Shown: positions 9,309 through 18,643, numbered from the stretch's first letter. The stretch is DNA of 64,000 nucleotides from an uncultured Desulfatiglans sp. (GCA_964499695.1 CAZCMD010000001.1:13872-77871), one strand, 5' to 3'. Numbers and translations: made by a program. The notes: generated by a model from the sequence alone, not told the origin.

Positions 9309-12300
9309 ATGGCGATGGAGGAAATTATGAGTATGCAGGATGACGAGACCTTGAGACTTTATGTCGAAGAATCAATTGAGCATTTGGCAGACATTGAAAA
9401 TGATCTGCTTGCTATTGAAAAGGATGGCGCTGATATCGATGAAGAACTGGTAAACAAGGTATTTCGTGCTGCCCATTCAATAAAGGGTGGCGCCGGGTTT
9501 ATGGGGCTTAACAATATCAAGGAACTCTCCCATAAAATGGAAAATGTCCTGGGTATGATCAGAGAAAGGGAGATGGTGCCAAACCCTGAAATTGTCAATA
9601 TACTCCTGCTTGCATCAGATACACTAAGAAATCTGCTCAATAATGTCGGCGCCAGTAATGAGATGCCCATTGAAGAACATGTTAATGCCCTTGTTGCCCT
9701 TACAACAGGTGCTGTTCCTGAGAAAAAGGCTATAAAAACAGAGCAAAACATAAACCTGATCTTTGATAATGGCAGGATGACTTTTAATATTTCTGCCTCT
9801 GATCTGGCCAATTCCAGAAAAAAGGGACAATACATATATCTGGCAGAGCTGGATCTTGTTCAGGATGTTGAAAAAAAGGGTCTCACCACTATGGATCTAT
9901 TAAAAAGGCTCAGTGAAAGTGGGACGATTCTATCTAATGAGGTCGATGTACAATCGGTTGGTACACTTGAAAAGTACTCAACATCAAGCAAGGTGCCTTT
10001 TCTCGTCCTGTTCGGGACGATACTTGAACCTGAAATGGTAAACGCCCTTTTTGATATTAATGAAGAGAATATTTACCTGCTGGAAGACAATAACAGTTTT
10101 ATAAGGCTTACCGAATATGGCCAACCTCAAGAAACCGCAGAAGTCAAAAAAAGTCATGAGGAAACTCCTGTGATTCAACCTGAAGAAAAGGCTTTTAAAG
10201 AAGATACAACATCATTCTCTTCCCCTGAAACAGGTTCAACTATTGCTGCCAAAGAAACGGATATATCTGCTTCTTCCGCTTCAAAAACCGCTGATACAAG
10301 CCTGAGGGTCAATGTAAGTCTTCTTGATTCCCTGATGACACTTGCCGGAGAACTGGTACTTGGCAGAAATCAGCTCATGCAGTCTATTGGTCAGAAGGAT
10401 ATCAGGGCAATAGAAGGGACCGGTCAGAGGCTGGATCTTATAACATCAGAGATTCAGGAAGCAATCATGATGACAAGGATGCAGCCGATCGGTAATGTAT
10501 TAAACAAATTTCCAAGGGTTGTAAGAGACCTTGCCCGAAATCTGAACAAGGAGGTTAAGCTTACCATTGAAGGCGAAGGGGTTGAACTGGATAAAACAAT
10601 CCTTGAAGCAATCAATGATCCCCTTACACATCTTGTCAGAAATTCAGTTGATCACGGTATAGAACTTCCTGCTGAAAGGCAGAGGGCAGGAAAGGAATCT
10701 GTCGGTCATGTGTTGCTCAAGGCATATCATGAGGCAGGCCAGGTGAATATAGAAATCAGGGATGATGGAAAGGGCATAAATCCCAACAAGCTGACAAAGG
10801 TTGCCCTTGAGAAAAAGGTGATAACCGAAGATCAGGCAATTTCAATGTCTGATAAGGAAAAGATAAATCTGATATTCCTTCCCGGTTTTTCAACAGCGGA
10901 AAAGGTAAGCGATGTATCAGGGCGCGGTGTTGGTATGGACGTTGTTAAAACCAACCTTGATAAGCTTGGTGGTGTTGTGGATGTGGATTCTGCTATCGGT
11001 AAGGGTACAACTATAAAAATCAAACTGCCCCTTACACTGGCAATTATTCCAAGTCAGTTGATAAGTGTTTGCGGTGAAAGATATGCTATACCACAGGTCA
11101 ACCTTGAAGAACTCTTCAGGATACCTGCCAATCAGGTCAAAGACAGGATAGAAAAGGTCGGTGATGCAGAGGTTGTAAGATTAAGAGGAAGCCTTCTTCC
11201 CCTGATCAGGCTTTCCGATGTTATAGGGATTGAAAGAGAATACATTGACACCAGCGAAAAAATCAAAAAATCTGACAGAAGGGAAAGCATTTCTGACAGA
11301 AGAGGGAGAAAAAGTCCTCTTAAAAAGGCTGTAAAGGATGATATCATCCGCGGGATTAATGAGAGCAGCGAAGGATCGGAAGAAAATGATACAGAAGACG
11401 ATTACTCAAACCGGAGAAAAAAATCCACTGACCGAAGATATCATGCTTCCAGTGCGGTAAATATTGTTGTTGTCTATACCGGGGCACTTAAATACGGGCT
11501 TGTTGTGGATATATTACACGATTCCGAAGAAATCGTGGTAAAACCGCTTGGAAGGCATCTCAAACACTGCAAGGCATATGCCGGCGCCACCATAATGGGA
11601 GATGGCCGTGTAGCGCTGATTCTTGATGTTGCAGGAATTTCCAAGATGGCCCGCCTGACTTCAATGGATGGTACTGAGAGGGCTGTGCAGGTTGCCAAGG
11701 AACAGAGGATGAAGAGCCAGAAAGATATCCAGTCTCTGCTTATTTTCAGGAATGCAGAAGACGAACAGTTTGCAGTCCCCTTAGGTCTTGTTGAAAGGGT
11801 TGAGAAGATAAAACGGACTGACATAGAACATGTTGGAGGGAAAAAGGTTATACAGTACAGGGGTGCAAGCCTGCCTTTATTTGCCATAGAACAGGTAGCC
11901 AATGTAAAACCCCTTTCTGACAAGGAAGATCTGCTTGTAATTGTATTTTCTATCGGTGGAAGGGATATAGGTCTTCTCGCTACACCGCCGCTTGATTCAA
12001 CAGAAGAGGCCCTGACAGTAGATGACATGACCCTCAAGCAGACTGGGATCATGGGTTCGGCCATAATAGGGAATCAGACAACCCTCATGATAAATATCTT
12101 CGGGATTGTCGAGGCCCTTAACCCTGACTGGTTTACCAAAAAGGAAACAGTTATGGTTTCTGAAAACAAGGCCGCTACGGTTCTCTATGCTGAGGACTCC
12201 AATTTTTTCAGGGGGCAGGTTACTGAATACCTGAAGGAAGACGGGTATAATGTTATTGAGGCAGAAGATGGTCGAATCGCCCTTGATCTTATTGAAAAAC

Positions 12301-12548
12301 ATATAGATGAAATTTCCCTTGTTATAACTGACATAGAGATGCCCAATATGGATGGCTTTGAGCTTACATCATATATTAAAAAAGATGCAAGATTCAGGCA
12401 TCTCCCTGTGATTGCCCTTACAACAATGGCAAGCGACGAGGATATCCAGAAAGGGAATAAAGTCGGGATAGATGATTATCAGATAAAGTTGGATAAGGAA
12501 AAGCTGATGAAAAGTGTTTTTCAGCATCTCAAGGCAGTTACGAAATAG
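9309..12548 (+). CDS. cheA: hybrid chemotaxis histidine kinase CheA with two CheW-like domains and a C-terminal receiver
   Basis: P1 motif HSIKGGAG. Kinase boxes NSVDHGIE, DDGKGI, GRGVGMD. Two CheW-like segments separated by a charged insert with repeated DRR. REC at the C-terminus (DIEMPNMDG). The start may instead be the ATG at 9327, which has GGAGG 5 nt upstream. Confidence 0.92.
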   Translation: MAMEEIMSMQDDETLRLYVEESIEHLADIENDLLAIEKDGADIDEELVNKVFRAAHSIKGGAGFMGLNNIKELSHKMENVLGMIREREMVPNPEIVNILLLASDTLRNLLNNVGASNEMPIEEHVNALVALTTGAVPEKKAIKTEQNINLIFDNGRMTFNISASDLANSRKKGQYIYLAELDLVQDVEKKGLTTMDLLKRLSESGTILSNEVDVQSVGTLEKYSTSSKVPFLVLFGTILEPEMVNALFDINEENIYLLEDNNSFIRLTEYGQPQETAEVKKSHEETPVIQPEEKAFKEDTTSFSSPETGSTIAAKETDISASSASKTADTSLRVNVSLLDSLMTLAGELVLGRNQLMQSIGQKDIRAIEGTGQRLDLITSEIQEAIMMTRMQPIGNVLNKFPRVVRDLARNLNKEVKLTIEGEGVELDKTILEAINDPLTHLVRNSVDHGIELPAERQRAGKESVGHVLLKAYHEAGQVNIEIRDDGKGINPNKLTKVALEKKVITEDQAISMSDKEKINLIFLPGFSTAEKVSDVSGRGVGMDVVKTNLDKLGGVVDVDSAIGKGTTIKIKLPLTLAIIPSQLISVCGERYAIPQVNLEELFRIPANQVKDRIEKVGDAEVVRLRGSLLPLIRLSDVIGIEREYIDTSEKIKKSDRRESISDRRGRKSPLKKAVKDDIIRGINESSEGSEENDTEDDYSNRRKKSTDRRYHASSAVNIVVVYTGALKYGLVVDILHDSEEIVVKPLGRHLKHCKAYAGATIMGDGRVALILDVAGISKMARLTSMDGTERAVQVAKEQRMKSQKDIQSLLIFRNAEDEQFAVPLGLVERVEKIKRTDIEHVGGKKVIQYRGASLPLFAIEQVANVKPLSDKEDLLVIVFSIGGRDIGLLATPPLDSTEEALTVDDMTLKQTGIMGSAIIGNQTTLMINIFGIVEALNPDWFTKKETVMVSENKAATVLYAEDSNFFRGQVTEYLKEDGYNVIEAEDGRIALDLIEKHIDEISLVITDIEMPNMDGFELTSYIKKDARFRHLPVIALTTMASDEDIQKGNKVGIDDYQIKLDKEKLMKSVFQHLKAVTK

Positions 12549-12626
12549 AAAATAAGCGGATTACAGGTATCCTGAAATCTTTTTAAAAACTATACACCGG
12601 ATTAATGGTGCGGGAGGTAATAATAA

Positions 12627-13100
12627 ATGGCTAACCATGCTGACAATAGAAATGCAGGGAATAAAACAATGGAACTGGCAACATTTTATGTCGGTGATTC
12701 GCTGTGCGGTATGGATATATTAAAGGTCCAGGAGATAAACAAGCTCCTTGAGATGACAGAGGTGCCGCTTGCCCCTGATTATGTAAAGGGAATACTGAAC
12801 CTCAGAGGTCAGATCGTTACTGTCATAGACCTTGGAAACAAACTCAGTCTGGCAGATACGGAGATCTCCAGTGAAACCAGAAACATAATTGTCAACTCAA
12901 ATGGTGAGTATATAGGTCTTCTTGTGCACAGGATAGGAGATGTTGAAAGGACAGAAGAAGATAAAATAGAACCTCCGCCGGCAAATATCGGAGGCATTCA
13001 GGGAAGGTATTTTGAGGGTGTCTTTAAAAAGGAAAAGAGCCTGATCGGCATACTCAATGTGGAAGAGATCCTGAAGGATGACAGCAGTCAGGCCATTTAG
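12627..13100 (+). CDS. cheW: chemotaxis coupling protein CheW
   Basis: FYVGDSLCGMDILKVQEI...YVKGILNLRGQIVTVIDL. 157 aa. Confidence 0.9.
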   Translation: MANHADNRNAGNKTMELATFYVGDSLCGMDILKVQEINKLLEMTEVPLAPDYVKGILNLRGQIVTVIDLGNKLSLADTEISSETRNIIVNSNGEYIGLLVHRIGDVERTEEDKIEPPPANIGGIQGRYFEGVFKKEKSLIGILNVEEILKDDSSQAI

Positions 13101-13167
13101 GAATTAGACAGAGATTGATCCCGGGCTTGATCTTTCAATTGAAAGAAAAAAGGAATTACAGGACTTA

Positions 13168-14292
13168 ATGGAAAAAACTCCCCTCAGAGTGCTTGTGGTC
13201 GACGATACCGTGGTTTATCGTAAGACTGTGAGTGATGTGCTGGCTGAAATACCAGGTGTTGAGGTAGTCGGGACTGCCAATAATGGCAAGATTGCCATGA
13301 TGAAGATAGCCTCCCTGAAGCCAGACCTCATTACCCTTGATATCGAAATGCCTGAGATGAACGGGCTTGATGTGCTGAGGGCGTTAAAAACAGAGGCGCC
13401 TGATGTTGGCGCCATAGTATTAAGCACACTTACTCACAAGGGCGGTGACCTCACCATAAAGGCGCTTGAGCTGGGCGCCTTTGATTATATTACAAAACCG
13501 GAAACCGGAAGTATTGAAGAGAGTAAAAGAACAATAAAAAAGATACTGGATCTTTTGCTCAAGAGTTACTCCAGACATCTGGAGATGAAAAAGATTCTGC
13601 GGGGCGCAGGTTACGGAAAATCATATACTACTGAGGCAGTATCAGGTCAGGCTGATTTAAGGACATCAAGGTACACTTCAGTTTCATCAACAAGATCACA
13701 CAGAAAGGTAAAAGCGGAAATCGTAGGTATTGGAATATCAACCGGAGGTCCAAAGGCATTATCTGAAATGATGCCTATGATTCCTGCTAATATTAATGTG
13801 CCTATATTAATAGTACAGCATATGCCTCCAATGTTTACCGAATCACTTGCGAAAAGTCTCAATGCACGATGTGCCATTGAAGTTAAAGAGGCAGAGGATG
13901 GAGAGATAATCAGACCCAACGTCGCATTTATTGCACCTGGTGGAAGGCAGATGAAGGTAGTTGCAGGCGCTGACGGGTTGAGCAGGATAATCAGGATTAC
14001 GGATGATCCTCCTGAAAATAGCTGCAAGCCTTCTGTGGATTATCTGTTCAGGTCAATTGCCGAGCATTATGTGGGTCGTTCTGCCGGTGTAATAATGACA
14101 GGTATGGGTTCTGACGGCACTCTGGGTTTAAGAGTAATGAAGAAAAATGGTTCATTTATCATTGCGCAGGATGAACCAAGCTGTGTTGTATTTGGTATGC
14201 CGAAAAAGCCTATTGATGAGGGGATTGTTGATATTATCGCACCCCTGGACAGGCTCGCGGATGAGATTTCTAACAGTGTAAAAGCTATATAG
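13168..14292 (+). CDS. cheB: chemotaxis response regulator protein-glutamate methylesterase CheB
   Basis: REC (VLVVDD, DIEMPEMNG) plus the methylesterase domain (GISTGGP, QHMPPMFT, TGMGSDG). Confidence 0.93.
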   Translation: MEKTPLRVLVVDDTVVYRKTVSDVLAEIPGVEVVGTANNGKIAMMKIASLKPDLITLDIEMPEMNGLDVLRALKTEAPDVGAIVLSTLTHKGGDLTIKALELGAFDYITKPETGSIEESKRTIKKILDLLLKSYSRHLEMKKILRGAGYGKSYTTEAVSGQADLRTSRYTSVSSTRSHRKVKAEIVGIGISTGGPKALSEMMPMIPANINVPILIVQHMPPMFTESLAKSLNARCAIEVKEAEDGEIIRPNVAFIAPGGRQMKVVAGADGLSRIIRITDDPPENSCKPSVDYLFRSIAEHYVGRSAGVIMTGMGSDGTLGLRVMKKNGSFIIAQDEPSCVVFGMPKKPIDEGIVDIIAPLDRLADEISNSVKAI

Positions 14293-14314
14293 GAAAAGTG
14301 TTTGTGTATAATTC

Positions 14315-15157
14315 ATGATCAAGATTACTCCAAATGAGATAAAGGTACTTTCAAAATATATCTATGATATTTCAGGGATATTCCTTGATGAGAAAAAGGC
14401 ATATCTTCTTGAAACCAGATTAAAAATGATCATGGATGCAGAGAGGTTTACCTCTTATCAGGAGCTTTATCAGAGGGCAAAATCTGAAAAAAGCGTCCAT
14501 TTGGAAAGAAAGATAATAGATGCAGTGACCACAAATGAGACCCTGTTTTTCAGAGACAAGTCGCCTTTTGAAATGTTCAAGTATAAAGTCATGCCTGACC
14601 TAATAGATAAGCGTGCAGCCCAGAACTCCGGTATGTCACCTATTAATATCCGAATATGGAGTGCAGCCTGCTCCACTGGCCAGGAAATTTACAGTCTTGC
14701 CATTATTTTAAAGGAACTGATCCCTGATCAGAAGAAGTACAAGATCAAGCTTTTAGGTACTGATATCTCGGATGATGCTGTGGCGCAGGCAAGCTATGGC
14801 AAGTATAACAGGTTTGAGATAGAGCGGGGGCTTGAAAAGGATCAACTGCAAAGATATTTTGTTTCAAATGGGAACTCCTGGAAGATCAGGGACGATATAA
14901 GGGCAATGGCGGTCTTTCAGAAACGAAATTTAATGGGACCATTTACCGGGATAGGTCAGTTTGACATTATTTTCTGCCGTAATGTTGCCATATATTTCAG
15001 TATTGATGACAGAAAAAAGCTCTTTGAAAAGATTGCAGGTGTCCTGGCTCCTGACGGATATCTTATCATTGGTTCTACAGAATCATTAACAGGCATATGT
15101 CCGCAGTTTGAGGCACAGAGACATTTGAGGTCAGTATTTTATACAATAAAACAATAA
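14315..15157 (+). CDS. cheR: chemotaxis protein methyltransferase CheR
   Basis: TTNETLFFRD, IWSAACSTGQEIYSLA and FCRNVAIYF. Confidence 0.92.
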   Translation: MIKITPNEIKVLSKYIYDISGIFLDEKKAYLLETRLKMIMDAERFTSYQELYQRAKSEKSVHLERKIIDAVTTNETLFFRDKSPFEMFKYKVMPDLIDKRAAQNSGMSPINIRIWSAACSTGQEIYSLAIILKELIPDQKKYKIKLLGTDISDDAVAQASYGKYNRFEIERGLEKDQLQRYFVSNGNSWKIRDDIRAMAVFQKRNLMGPFTGIGQFDIIFCRNVAIYFSIDDRKKLFEKIAGVLAPDGYLIIGSTESLTGICPQFEAQRHLRSVFYTIKQ

Positions 15158-15190
15158 TCAGGCGGGATCAGGAAAGGAGAAGGATCAACT

Positions 15191-16081
15191 ATGAGACACA
15201 ATAAATCATACATAGTCTGGATGCCTCAAAATGGTTCCGGTAAAACACATCAGATTGTTATAAACCCATGGTATCTCATTGCGCTTATAATAACCTTTGT
15301 GTTATGTGTCGTTTCCATACCATTTTTCCAGCATCATGTTTTTGCGCTTAATAAGAAGATTGTCTTTCTTGAAAACTCCGGCACCAGCATGAAGTTAGAG
15401 ATAGCAAACCTCAGATACCTTAAAGATAACCTGAGACAGATAGAGGAAAAAGACCATCAACTTTCTGAATATTTCGGGCTGGACAGTGACTCAAATGATA
15501 TGGAAGGATTGCCAGGCAAGGGTGGAATATCCGATAATTCCGGATACATTGAACTGGAGAAAAGTCTATTATCTCTGCCTGATAAAAATGGCCTCTCATC
15601 CCATATTAATAACCTTGATGAAAAATTCAGGAAATATTCTGAACTACTTAAGACCCGGGATCAGATTCTTGAGGTCACCCCCAGTATACTTCCTGTTGAA
15701 AAAAACAACATATCACTCTCATCAGGTTTTGGATGGCGTGAAAATCCTTTTACAAAAACAAAAGAATTTCATGCAGCGATAGATATATCAGGGGATAAAG
15801 GTGAAAAGATCTTTGCACCGGCAAGGGGCCTTGTTCTGAAAACAGGTAATGATAAAAGGATCGGTAAATTTATCCTTATCAGGCATACAGATAGAATAAA
15901 GACCTTATTTGGTCATCTGAGCCATATATATGCAGAAGAAGGAAAAGAGGTAAAGCGCGGGGACAGGATCGGTCTTATGGGAAACACCGGGCTATCAACG
16001 GGCAGTCATCTGCACTATATGGTAATAAAAGAGGGCAGGGCAGTTAATCCCCTTGAGTACATACTTGATATGAGTAACTGA
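15191..16081 (+). CDS. membrane-anchored M23 (LytM-type) peptidase
   Basis: N-terminal TM helix, a coiled-coil segment, and the HAAIDISG...GNTGLSTGSHLHY metal-site motifs. Confidence 0.85.
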   Translation: MRHNKSYIVWMPQNGSGKTHQIVINPWYLIALIITFVLCVVSIPFFQHHVFALNKKIVFLENSGTSMKLEIANLRYLKDNLRQIEEKDHQLSEYFGLDSDSNDMEGLPGKGGISDNSGYIELEKSLLSLPDKNGLSSHINNLDEKFRKYSELLKTRDQILEVTPSILPVEKNNISLSSGFGWRENPFTKTKEFHAAIDISGDKGEKIFAPARGLVLKTGNDKRIGKFILIRHTDRIKTLFGHLSHIYAEEGKEVKRGDRIGLMGNTGLSTGSHLHYMVIKEGRAVNPLEYILDMSN

Positions 16082-16083
16082 TT

Positions 16084-16755
16084 ATGAATTATATCTTTCT
16101 TTTAAACAGGAAAAATATTATACCAGTTTCATGTTTGATTATACTCTTCGTATTGGTCTCAGCCCAATTCTCCGGTGCAGCATTAAGAATGGATAAAGAT
16201 GCTGTTTTTTGCAGCTATTTTATGATTAGTGGTAACAAGCCCTCAGAACAGGACATTGAGGAGCTGTGTTTCAACAGTGGCAGGCCTTCATATACTGCCT
16301 TCAAGCCTTCTGAGATGTTTTCAAAAAAGAGCCTGCTGTCCGAGAAAAAAAAGATAGAAAACAGGATAAATGCCATTTCCGGTGACCCTACAATTATTTG
16401 GAGTGTAAGGCTTGATTCCATGGATGCAGCCGGCATTGAGCGTTTTTTCTCTGCTGATGCCATTAATGACAGTATGCCCCGTCCCACTCCCTACATAAGC
16501 GGAAGGATATCTGAAAACGGGCCGAAGTTTATCAGAAAGACTGTGACAGCATTATTTGACAGATCTTCTGCTCAAAAATATGGGAAAGGGGTTGAGGTAT
16601 TAATCAGCCTGCGGCCTGTCAAGTCTGTATATGAGTATGAAAAGAGAAATATTGTTGAACAGGATGTTCTCCTGCCTATCAGATATGTCATTTTTCAACC
16701 AATAAAAGTCCAGATACTTGACGGAAAATTGTTAAACAATCAATTGAACAAATAA
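16084..16755 (+). CDS. secreted hypothetical protein
   Basis: Signal-peptide-like N-terminus (IILFVLVSAQFSGAA). No motif recognised. The start lies 2 nt after the M23 stop. Confidence 0.55.
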   Translation: MNYIFLLNRKNIIPVSCLIILFVLVSAQFSGAALRMDKDAVFCSYFMISGNKPSEQDIEELCFNSGRPSYTAFKPSEMFSKKSLLSEKKKIENRINAISGDPTIIWSVRLDSMDAAGIERFFSADAINDSMPRPTPYISGRISENGPKFIRKTVTALFDRSSAQKYGKGVEVLISLRPVKSVYEYEKRNIVEQDVLLPIRYVIFQPIKVQILDGKLLNNQLNK

Positions 16756-16833
16756 AACGTAATAACAGAATTGCACTTACCGCCTAATATATTGATTTAA
16801 TTGAATATAAAAAAAGGTATATGCCTGCATATT

Positions 16834-16849
16834 TGGTATATATTTTGCT
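16834..16849 (+). promoter_or_regulatory. sigma54-like promoter candidate (TGGTAT-N5-TTGCT) upstream of the cheZ-like gene
   Basis: TGGTATATATTTTGCT with correct GG/GC spacing but a C-to-T change at -24. Located 54 nt upstream of the ATG at 16903. Confidence 0.35.
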
Positions 16850-16902
16850 TTGTAATTAGAAAGATATTTTTTTGTATTGATCATTATGTGGAGGGTATTC
16901 TA

Positions 16903-17991
16903 ATGGGAAATGTGCTAATGGGTGATCTTGATGGCATGACAGAAAGACTTGCCTTTGATACACATGAGATTGAACAGATTATAACAAGGTACAAGGCCAG
17001 GGTTGTCGCAGGAACAGATGACAATGACTATATGGAATATAATGGCAAAATATTTCCGGTAAAGGGAATAAAAGATACGGAAGGATTAAAACCCTACTTT
17101 ATCATTCTGAAGTCGGGTGTTGCATTTAATGCGAGTGATTATCAGATGCTCTTCAATACAGAAGATCTCCCAAACAGCCTGATTTCCGGGATTGATTCTT
17201 CGGGCAAAAAATATCTGTGCCGTCGTTATTTGAATGGAAGCAGGTTAATGGAAACAACCGTTCAAAAGTATACTGCTGGAAATAACCAGAATCTAACCTC
17301 AGATGAGGCTGAAAAACTAAAGGATGTAATAAATAAGCTGAAAAAGGGAGAGTTTTTTGAACTGCTTACAATGGAGTTTTCCGATAAGATTAAGGGAATT
17401 GCCAAGGAACTGATAGATTTTAGAAAAGATATCCAGACCAGGATAGAGCCTGATATAGTGGAAATAGCATCAAAGGATATTCCTGAGGCAAGCAACCAGC
17501 TTGAAGGTATTAATGAAACCCTTGAAGAAAGCACTATGAAGATAATGGATATCAATGAGGCCCAGATGGAGGCTGCTAATACCCATTACAAGCTTCTCGA
17601 TCAGATACTTGCAAAAAACAGTGACGGAGATGGAAATATTTCTATGGGTTTGAGCCTTGAAGAGGCCATAGAGACCATTGAAAACCAGGTCTCTTTCCTG
17701 AAAGAGATGGAACAGCGGTCACTTACCATGATGGAGCCATTGAGTTTTCAGGACCTTGTGGGTCAGCGTATCCAGAGGATTATTAAACTTGTGAGGTCAA
17801 TGGAGGTAAAAATAGAAGAATTGATCGTCTCTTTTGGAATAAAATTAAAGAAATACAAGGAAGACCCCGAAATAACATATGAGGAACTTAATAAAGATGT
17901 CGATGAGTTCATGTATGAACTAAAAGGTCCACAAAGGTCAGGGGAAGGTCTTGATCAAAAGGCCATTGACGATCTCCTAAACAATATGTAA
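16903..17991 (+). CDS. cheZ: CheZ-like CheY-P phosphatase with a long N-terminal extension
   Basis: SFQDLVGQRIQRI matches the CheZ catalytic D/Q motif (E. coli FQDLTGQVIKR). LKGPQ and the C-terminal DQKAIDDLLNNM resemble the CheY-binding tail. Start set at the ATG with GGAGG 8 nt upstream; the track start at 16801 is a TTG. Confidence 0.8.
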   Translation: MGNVLMGDLDGMTERLAFDTHEIEQIITRYKARVVAGTDDNDYMEYNGKIFPVKGIKDTEGLKPYFIILKSGVAFNASDYQMLFNTEDLPNSLISGIDSSGKKYLCRRYLNGSRLMETTVQKYTAGNNQNLTSDEAEKLKDVINKLKKGEFFELLTMEFSDKIKGIAKELIDFRKDIQTRIEPDIVEIASKDIPEASNQLEGINETLEESTMKIMDINEAQMEAANTHYKLLDQILAKNSDGDGNISMGLSLEEAIETIENQVSFLKEMEQRSLTMMEPLSFQDLVGQRIQRIIKLVRSMEVKIEELIVSFGIKLKKYKEDPEITYEELNKDVDEFMYELKGPQRSGEGLDQKAIDDLLNNM

Positions 17992-18010
17992 TCTATAATA
18001 AAAACACAAT

Positions 18011-18032
18011 AAAGCTGGTTTTACAGCTTTTT
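18011..18032 (+). terminator. weak AT-rich hairpin plus T-run after the cheZ-like gene
   Basis: AAAGCTG-gtttta-CAGCTTT followed by TT. Confidence 0.25.
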
Positions 18033-18066
18033 CACAATATAATAGGGAATATATGGAGGAAAAAAT

Positions 18067-18444
18067 ATGGGATTTGATACTTCGATCAAGGTATTAGTGG
18101 TTGATGACTTCGCTACAATGAGAAGAATTGTTAAAGGTGTGCTCAAACAGCTCGGTTTCAATGATATAATCGAGGCCGAAGATGGTAATATGGCTCTCAA
18201 AGAACTGCAAAAAGAAAAGGTTGGTTTGATCGTATCTGACTGGAATATGCCCAACATGACAGGGCTTGACCTCCTTAAGGCAGTAAGGGCAGATGAAAAA
18301 CTTAAAAATACACCTTTCCTGATGGTAACTGCTGAAGGACAGAAGGAAAATGTTGTCCAGGCTGTACAGGCCGGTGTAAGTAATTACATTGTGAAACCCT
18401 TTACCCCTGAAACCTTTAGTGCAAAACTGGAAAAGATATTCTGA
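18067..18444 (+). CDS. cheY: chemotaxis response regulator CheY
   Basis: VLVVDDF...SDWNMPNMTGLDLL...YIVKPF. 125 aa single REC domain, GGAGG RBS. Confidence 0.93.
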   Translation: MGFDTSIKVLVVDDFATMRRIVKGVLKQLGFNDIIEAEDGNMALKELQKEKVGLIVSDWNMPNMTGLDLLKAVRADEKLKNTPFLMVTAEGQKENVVQAVQAGVSNYIVKPFTPETFSAKLEKIF

Positions 18445-18627
18445 TAAGAGAAATATTTTTCCGCTAAAAGGGGAAGATTATTCCTTCTTTACGGCAGAAG
18501 ACAAGATGTTAATTGTAATTAAAAATATAAAAAGAATTAAAGAAATAATATGTAACCTGCTGAATATACAGTATAATTTTCACGCTTATCAATGCTGTGT
18601 ATTAACGGTGTATGATCATCCGGATTA

Positions 18628-18643
18628 TGGCAAGCATATTGCA
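18628..18643 (+). promoter_or_regulatory. sigma54-type promoter (TGGCAA-N5-TTGCA)
   Basis: TGGCAAGCATATTGCA, 105 nt upstream of the ATG at 18748. Confidence 0.55.

Noticed and set aside
11474-12064. Long antisense or alternative-frame ORFs inside well-supported genes (for example 196 aa inside cheA, 166 aa at 7540-8040, 159 aa at 52550-53029, 144 aa at 28051-28485, 153 aa at 24452-24913)
   Set aside because: They have no RBS or recognisable motifs and show the composition typical of antisense frames of real genes. The opposite-strand or in-frame genes have clear family signatures.
16801-16902. TTG-initiated 34-aa extension of the cheZ-like ORF
   Set aside because: A GGAGG RBS sits 8 nt before the ATG at 16903. 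The extension is AT-rich, hydrophobic nonsense and contains the sigma54-like element.
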